This document shows, piece by piece, positions 57,969 to 64,000 of a stretch of DNA of 64,000 nt. The DNA comes from Methanobacteriota archaeon. Lineage in GTDB: Archaea > Thermoplasmatota > Thermoplasmata > SG8-5 > JAGLSY01. Below the pieces are notes generated by a model, which saw nothing but the letters and a program-made list of their open reading frames with translations, ran no database searches and was not told the DNA's origin. Every line of letters begins with the position of its first letter. Within the stretch, counting starts at the first letter, position 1. The translations under genes and the position numbers were made by a program. The DNA is taken from positions 303,012 through 367,011 of the forward strand of contig JAEHCQ010000002.1 in the NCBI GenBank assembly GCA_020696385.1, read 5' to 3'.

Positions 57969-59975
57969 CTAAATATCTTTATGGATATTGTCTATAATTG
58001 ATAGCTCCTCTTTCTGCCCCTTATCAATTTCCATATGCTCATCCAAGTTTTCGACCTGTGCGGAGCCTGGTGGCAAACTCTGTTCTTCTTCCTCCAAATC
58101 TCCACCTTTATTATTTCTGAATACGATATAGGCGATCAGCAAGAATCCGATAATATTCGATATGATCCCCAGATAGAGAACTGGCAATGTGAACCGGGGC
58201 CCATCTTCGACCTCTATCCTCACATTGTTGACAGGTTCCAGTGTTTGGAGGGATATGTTCTTGGAATATATCCCAAGCTCACACACCAATGTGATATTGT
58301 TTCCATCAGTTTCCCAGGGTGCGATCATGATGATTTCAAACCGCCCATCAGCATCTGTCACAGCATCCGCCAAAGTGTTATTCTCACTGTCCATAGCGGT
58401 CACTCTCACCTGCCTCATTTTCTTCCCGGCCTCGGACAAGACCTGGCCTGAGATTATGTATCTCAACTCGGAGTTTATTCCCTTGTTTACGAGGGAATAG
58501 TTCAAAAGTGTGCCATCGTCCTGCCAGCAGTAAAATGCCACTGCGTATGTTCCGGCAGATGGAGGGCTCCATATGTGGGTATCGGACACATCGGGCACGC
58601 CCTCGGAAAATGACTGTACCAGCTCCCAGTCATCATCATAAACATCCACTTTGTAATAGGAATAATCACCCTTCTGAACAATGAACTGGATATCGTCATT
58701 GAGGCCATCCGAATCCGTATCCACGCTCATGGCCTCTGCTTTGAATTCTATCTCTTCTCTTTCGTCCAGATACCAATGATCACTTCCCGTGTCCAGGAAC
58801 TCGTCCCAAGCCGTATCTTCGGCGATGTCCAGTTCCTTGTAGTCCGATATCGTGCCACTTATCGGGAACCAGATCGACATCCCATTGGCATTGTCCGCGG
58901 GCTCGTCGCCCTCATTTGGCCTTGTCCAGTGCCGTTCGTAGGTGACGGCGTTCTCTATCGCCAGTCTAAGCCCCTCACCACTTTCCTTAAATCGCAATGA
59001 TGCCGACGTATTGTCCATCATCTGGGTCAAATGCACGAGGTCATACTGATCAGCCCCATCATATTCCTCGGTCATACCTCTGGCCGAGTATATCTCTGGA
59101 TGGAAATAACCCACACTGGACCCAAGCTCCATGGCATAGGAGTCCAGAGCCTCAGCCACTGGGCCAAGCTGTCCCAGATCGATGAGGGAAAGGGTGGTGG
59201 AGTAAGCGCTGTTCGCCATGCTCCAGGTGATATAATTGTCAATGAATCGCTCTCCAAAATCCTTTGGTTGGATATCTGGATCGTCTTTGAGGATATTCAA
59301 TATCCTGTCATAGGGCCAGCCTGCCAAAGGCACGTCCTTCTCAGACCCGATTGCGTATTCAGCATTTTCTCTGATCTGATAGAACATTTCAAGCATCCCC
59401 ATCTGGCAAGCGTCCATGCTGACGATGTCGATATCCACGGTGGCACTGGTTGCGGCCAATGCTTCTTTGAGCTCGACCGCACTGAGTCTGTCTCCTTTAT
59501 CGGGACAGACTCCGGTCCAGCCATTTCCATGGCCCCATAGATCCAATAGATAATGCTCCGCCGGGTATGTGCTGGCTGCCCATTTGATGAAGGTAGAAAG
59601 AGTCTCCGGATCGCCCATATTCAGCTCATCACCCCAGCTTGGATCGATCTCCTCCATGGGTATCTTTTCCGATCCGCCTTCGAGAACATGATAAACATTG
59701 GAATCTCCAACACCAGATCGATCTGCCAGTGCGATTATTTCCAGGCCTCCGCCGGAGCCAACAGTCTTCATTTCCTCCAGATCATCCACGATATTGTCGC
59801 TGAGAGAGCTGTCTCCGGACATGTAGACGATCACGGTCCAACCAGCGACATCGTCAGCCCTGGTACCTCCACTGGCATGAGGTAATATAGGCCCCATTAA
59901 TATGAGTGAAAAAAGTATTATCACAAAGAGCCCGGCTTTCGATCTCGCCCTGGATCTCCATGCGATTCGCATCAA
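57969..59975 (-). CDS. Secreted, membrane-anchored clostripain-family (C11) cysteine peptidase
   Basis: Signal peptide, WTVIVYMSGD, NMGDPETL, WGHGNGW, MDACQMG, C-terminal TM helix. Confidence 0.88.
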   Translation of the reverse strand: MMRIAWRSRARSKAGLFVIILFSLILMGPILPHASGGTRADDVAGWTVIVYMSGDSSLSDNIVDDLEEMKTVGSGGGLEIIALADRSGVGDSNVYHVLEGGSEKIPMEEIDPSWGDELNMGDPETLSTFIKWAASTYPAEHYLLDLWGHGNGWTGVCPDKGDRLSAVELKEALAATSATVDIDIVSMDACQMGMLEMFYQIRENAEYAIGSEKDVPLAGWPYDRILNILKDDPDIQPKDFGERFIDNYITWSMANSAYSTTLSLIDLGQLGPVAEALDSYAMELGSSVGYFHPEIYSARGMTEEYDGADQYDLVHLTQMMDNTSASLRFKESGEGLRLAIENAVTYERHWTRPNEGDEPADNANGMSIWFPISGTISDYKELDIAEDTAWDEFLDTGSDHWYLDEREEIEFKAEAMSVDTDSDGLNDDIQFIVQKGDYSYYKVDVYDDDWELVQSFSEGVPDVSDTHIWSPPSAGTYAVAFYCWQDDGTLLNYSLVNKGINSELRYIISGQVLSEAGKKMRQVRVTAMDSENNTLADAVTDADGRFEIIMIAPWETDGNNITLVCELGIYSKNISLQTLEPVNNVRIEVEDGPRFTLPVLYLGIISNIIGFLLIAYIVFRNNKGGDLEEEEQSLPPGSAQVENLDEHMEIDKGQKEELSIIDNIHKDI

Positions 59976-60508
59976 AACTCTATCCCCTTCCTCGCCATTA
60001 TGCCCTTCTGATACGGATGTTTGATCTCTCTCACCTCGGAAACATGGTCCGCGATCTCGATCAATTTCTCGTGCGCGTATCTTCCGGTGAGCACCAGCTC
60101 CATACTGTCCGGCTTTGAGGAAATAAGGTCAAGCACATCATCTAATTCGATGAGCTTCCAGTCAACAGCGACATTGATCTCGTCCAGGATGAGAATGTCA
60201 CAAACATTCTCCCCCACCAGTTTCCTGGCATATTCCAAGCCTTCCTGGGCCAGTTTGATATCGATCTCGGCCGGGTTCTTCTTATCTACAAAGTCCGGTC
60301 TTCCAAATTGCACAATGTCGAAGCCATCCAGTTTCTTGACCGATTCCAGCTCCCCATAGTTGATCTGGCCTTTCATGAACTGCACCATGATCACCTTGTA
60401 GCCATGACCTACTGCTCTGAAAGCGAGACCCATAGCGGACGTGGTCTTGCCCTTGCCATCACCCGTGATGACCTGAACCAGGCCCAATCCTCTTTCGTCT
60501 TCCAACAT
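59972..60508 (-). CDS. cobO: Cob(I)yrinate adenosyltransferase
   Basis: TGDGKGKTTSAMG, QFMKG, LDEI, LTGR, KHPY...GIEF. Confidence 0.92.
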   Translation of the reverse strand: MLEDERGLGLVQVITGDGKGKTTSAMGLAFRAVGHGYKVIMVQFMKGQINYGELESVKKLDGFDIVQFGRPDFVDKKNPAEIDIKLAQEGLEYARKLVGENVCDILILDEINVAVDWKLIELDDVLDLISSKPDSMELVLTGRYAHEKLIEIADHVSEVREIKHPYQKGIMARKGIEF

Positions 60509-60586
60509 CACTCTCACAAATATCAAACCAACTAATAACATTTGGCATCATAGACATATTTTTAAGGTAAAAACCACTCTGGTATT

Positions 60587-62770
60587 ATGGTGGAAGATAT
60601 TAAAAAAAGAGTTTTTAGCTTGGGAATATCCATATTGGTACTTACATCATCCATATTGTTCACACTCTCATTCATCAGCCAGCCGGTTGCAGGAGCGACT
60701 CTGTATGTTGGAGGGGCTGGCTCTGGGAATTATACCACAATTCAATCTGCGGTTGATGTTGCTGTTGATGGAGATACCATTTATGTTTACAGTGGAACTT
60801 ATTATGAAAATATAACAATATCAAAAGCGCCTCTCCTTGAACATATTCCTAAAAGTCTAAATCTAATTGGAGAAGATAAAAGCACAACAATAATTGATGG
60901 TGGCGGTTTAGAAGGCATAAAGGTTGGAAGTGGCTTTTGGGACCCAAATGAGGCAATCAATATTACTGGCTTTACAATAACTAATTCTTCAATTGGCATT
61001 CAGCCAAATGATGCAGCTATGAATATTTACGATAATATCATAGTAAATAACGATGCCGGAATCGCTCCTCCTATCTTCGCAGACTCAACGATCAAATCCA
61101 TTAAAAACAATAACATATCCAATAACAATCTCGGAATAATAATCGACACAACATTAGGATTTAAAATAGAAAATAATGAATTTTACAACAACTCTCAAGC
61201 AATATATATCATAGAAGGAGGTTCTGGAGTATATAATAACACCTTCGTAGGGCCCAAAGATCATATTTATTTATCAAATGCAGGTGGCAATATATCGAAT
61301 AATAAATTCATATCCACAGATGAAATCGGAATGGCCATCTATGGCAACGAGCATTCAGCCAGAATGTATCAAAATGAACTAATCAACTGCGGTATAGATG
61401 CGAATACTGCAGCAGATAATGGTGAGACCACGTACTGGCTGAAAAATTGGCTCATTGATATATCAAACACTGTCAATGGAAAACCTATTTATTTCCTTAA
61501 TCAGAAAACCAACTATACAGTTCCAGTTGGTGCTGGAATGATAATGTTATTCAAATGTGATAATATAACAATTAAAAATCAGAATATCAGCAAAACAGGT
61601 TTCGGAATAAAGACCTGGGACTCTTCAAATATTACCATTGTGGACAATAATATTTCTGACAACCTTAATGGCATATATCTTTGGTCTAGTGAAGTTATTG
61701 TAAAGAATAACAAAATTTCTGGGCATGATAAAGGTATAATCTGCAAGGCTGGCAATAGTAAAATATATCACAATAATTTTTACAATAATACCAATCATAC
61801 CTTTGATTATGATCTGACAGGAGCATTCATAGCTGATGAAGTCGGTACAAATTCATGGAATTTGTCAAAGCCATATGGTGGGAATTATTACGATAACTGG
61901 ACAACACCGGATTCAGATTTGGATGGCTTTGTAGATGCGCCATTTGCTATATATGCTAGCTACAACGTCCCTTTCAAATACGATTATCTTCCATTAACAG
62001 AGCCATTTGTTGATTTCGACGGCGATGAAATTTCAGACCCCATAGATTCGGATGATGACAATGATGGTTGGAACGACACTCTGGAAATTACAGTGGGAAC
62101 AGACCCACAAAATGACACAGATTACCCTGATGATTTTGATGCCGATGGAAATCCAGATATAATTGACCCAGACGATGACAATGATGGTTGGAATGACACC
62201 ATTGAGATCCTGGCCGGAACCAACCCCTTTGATGATACTAGTGCCCCCGTAGACTCAGACGGTGACGGAATTCCGGATGGTGACCCCAGTAACTCTCAGG
62301 CCTGGATGGACCTGGATGATGATAACGATGGCGTGCTGGATGTCAATGATACATTCCCTCTTGACCCCCTGGAATCATCAGACATGGACAGTGACAGCAT
62401 TGGAGACAATTCAGACCTGGACATTGATGGTGACGGAGTTATGAATGTTGACGACCCATTTCCTCTGGATGGCACGGAAACTCTTGATTCAGATGGAGAT
62501 GGCATCGGGAACAATGAGGATACAGATGATGATAATGACGGCGTGCTGGATATCGATGATGAAAATCCTCTTGTTCCAGATAATGTGGAAGAAGATGAGC
62601 CCACTATCGAAGAACCCGAAAAAAAGGACAATGATTTATGGTGGTTGCTCTTAGTCATAATGTTAATAGCCATACCAAATTTAATTTTATATATATCTCA
62701 CAAGAAATCCGAAGCCAGGTCCAAAAAACAGGAAGAAGAAAAAGACCCTGAGGAGCCTGAGGATTCGTAA
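60587..62770 (+). CDS. Surface protein with NosD/CASH beta-helix and thrombospondin type-3 Ca-binding repeats
   Basis: Signal peptide, YTTIQSAV, NNI/GI repeats, GGNYY, DSDGDG/DDDNDG repeats, C-terminal TM helix. Confidence 0.85.
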   Translation: MVEDIKKRVFSLGISILVLTSSILFTLSFISQPVAGATLYVGGAGSGNYTTIQSAVDVAVDGDTIYVYSGTYYENITISKAPLLEHIPKSLNLIGEDKSTTIIDGGGLEGIKVGSGFWDPNEAINITGFTITNSSIGIQPNDAAMNIYDNIIVNNDAGIAPPIFADSTIKSIKNNNISNNNLGIIIDTTLGFKIENNEFYNNSQAIYIIEGGSGVYNNTFVGPKDHIYLSNAGGNISNNKFISTDEIGMAIYGNEHSARMYQNELINCGIDANTAADNGETTYWLKNWLIDISNTVNGKPIYFLNQKTNYTVPVGAGMIMLFKCDNITIKNQNISKTGFGIKTWDSSNITIVDNNISDNLNGIYLWSSEVIVKNNKISGHDKGIICKAGNSKIYHNNFYNNTNHTFDYDLTGAFIADEVGTNSWNLSKPYGGNYYDNWTTPDSDLDGFVDAPFAIYASYNVPFKYDYLPLTEPFVDFDGDEISDPIDSDDDNDGWNDTLEITVGTDPQNDTDYPDDFDADGNPDIIDPDDDNDGWNDTIEILAGTNPFDDTSAPVDSDGDGIPDGDPSNSQAWMDLDDDNDGVLDVNDTFPLDPLESSDMDSDSIGDNSDLDIDGDGVMNVDDPFPLDGTETLDSDGDGIGNNEDTDDDNDGVLDIDDENPLVPDNVEEDEPTIEEPEKKDNDLWWLLLVIMLIAIPNLILYISHKKSEARSKKQEEEKDPEEPEDS

Positions 62771-62817
62771 AAGGGTAAACTTTAAGTGCAACCCCGGGAT
62801 AAACAATTCCCGATACA

Positions 62818-63732
62818 ATGAACTTGGAAACTGAGATTGCTGGAATAAGGATGAAGAATCCAACCATGTTGGCATCGGGTATTTTGGGCCAGACCGGCCG
62901 ATCTCTTTCGCGCATCGCTAAAGAAGGCGGTGCAGGTGCTCTTGTAACTAAATCAATCGGTCTGGAAGCAAGAACTGGCCATGGTAATCCTGGCATTTTG
63001 GAATTGGATAACGGTCTCCTCAACGCGATGGGGCTTCCAAACCCCGGCATTGATAATTTTGAGGAAGAAGTGCAGATAGCCAAGCAGTCCAGTGTGCCAA
63101 TTATTGGCAGTGTTTTCGCTTCTTCGCCCGAGGATTTCGCAAACCTGGCTGGCAGGATGGCCAGTCACGGTGCGGATGCCATCGAGCTCAATCTAAGCTG
63201 CCCACATGCAGAGGGTTATGGGGTGGAGATGGGCAGTGATCCCGTTATTGTGGAATCTATCGTGAAAACGGTTGTGGAAGCGATCCAAATTCCGGTATTC
63301 GCCAAGCTCAGTCCCATGGTGCCAGACATAGCGCAGATCGCCCAAGCGGTGGAGAAAGGCGGTGGTCATGGAATAGTCGCGATAAACACCATGCGGGGCA
63401 TGAGCATAGAGCCAGAAATGGGCATGCCAGTCCTCTCGAACAAGATAGGCGGTCTCAGCGGGCCAGCCATCAAGCCAGTGGGTGTCCGCGCGGTCTACGA
63501 GATAGCCCAGAAGGTCGAAATTCCAATAATCGGAGTAGGCGGTATAAACACTGGCAGGGATGCGATCGAGTACATGATGGCCGGAGCCAGCGCGGTGCAG
63601 ATCGGAAGCGGTGTGCATTACCGTGGCATTGATATTTTCAAAAAGGTCAGCCAGGAAATTCAGGATTTCATGCAGAATAACAATTACAGCCAGCTTGATG
63701 AGATGATCGGCATTGCGGGGGCTAATCAATGA
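62818..63732 (+). CDS. pyrD: Dihydroorotate dehydrogenase B catalytic subunit
   Basis: KNPTMLASG, KS, NAMGLPNPG, ELNLSCPH, KLSP, INT, GGLSG, GVGG. Confidence 0.95.
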   Translation: MNLETEIAGIRMKNPTMLASGILGQTGRSLSRIAKEGGAGALVTKSIGLEARTGHGNPGILELDNGLLNAMGLPNPGIDNFEEEVQIAKQSSVPIIGSVFASSPEDFANLAGRMASHGADAIELNLSCPHAEGYGVEMGSDPVIVESIVKTVVEAIQIPVFAKLSPMVPDIAQIAQAVEKGGGHGIVAINTMRGMSIEPEMGMPVLSNKIGGLSGPAIKPVGVRAVYEIAQKVEIPIIGVGGINTGRDAIEYMMAGASAVQIGSGVHYRGIDIFKKVSQEIQDFMQNNNYSQLDEMIGIAGANQ

Positions 63733-64000
63733 CCCATCATCATGATGGGCACCATCATCAAGACGCCAAGATGCACGCGGTGACCATACTGGACAATCGC
63801 CCCGAAGCCGATAACATCTTCACGCTGGACATCGACTGGCAACCTCGGGGCAAGCCCCTCGGTGGCCAGTTTGTCATGATCTGGATACCAGGTATAGACG
63901 AGATACCGATGAGCATCTCGTCAGCCAACTTGCCAATATCTATGAGCATCCAGGTGGTGGGGGAAGCCAGCAGGGCACTTGACAAGATGGGACCAGGTGA
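63729..64000 (+). CDS. pyrK: Dihydroorotate dehydrogenase electron-transfer subunit, 3'-truncated by the window
   Basis: ATGA overlap with the pyrD stop; reads MTHHHDGHHHQDAKMHAV...GQFVMIWIPGIDEIPMSIS...VGEAS. Not in the ORF track. Confidence 0.85.
   Translation, partial: MTHHHDGHHHQDAKMHAVTILDNRPEADNIFTLDIDWQPRGKPLGGQFVMIWIPGIDEIPMSISSANLPISMSIQVVGEASRALDKMGPG

Noticed and set aside
62005-62570. DNA repeats such as GATGACAATGATGGTTGGAA
   Set aside because: Explained by the protein's thrombospondin type-3 Asp-rich repeats.

Overview
This is a 64 kb archaeal chromosomal segment. Gene content and order (rpl44e-rps27e-aIF2alpha-nop10-PAC2, Nob1, pantoate kinase, DUF6015/DUF2240-type genes, intron-containing tRNA-Tyr, NrdG) suggest an anaerobic Thermoplasmata (Thermoplasmatota) lineage; this assignment is an inference. 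Most of the window is housekeeping: gdhA, coaBC, nadA, trpS, trxAB, thi4/thiD, tldD/pmbA, pyrD/pyrK and three tRNAs (Gly, Tyr, Phe). Five things stand out. (1) A tightly packed 8-gene KaiC-centred signalling-like operon (38.1-45.9 kb) encodes a mini-CheF-like protein, a V4R-wHTH protein, a KaiC/RAD55 ATPase, a Roadblock-like protein, a 900-aa Zn-finger/coiled-coil/wHTH scaffold, two Cys-motif paralogues and a GNAT-like protein, preceded by a TA-like gene pair and repeated operators. (2) A palindrome-dense locus at 25.0-25.95 kb has a five-unit hairpin+GAGGAGAGG array, long perfect inverted repeats and an orphan gene. (3) A small structured element with a covarying stem sits just after stop codons at 8.3 kb (flanked by a 64-bp duplication of the host gene end) and at 53.9 kb. 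(4) Hairpin modules carrying fragments of tRNA-Tyr flank that tRNA. (5) An unannotated relic of a second Glu/Leu/Phe/Val dehydrogenase lies at 2.9-3.1 kb. All family calls are from motif recognition by eye; no database search was run.
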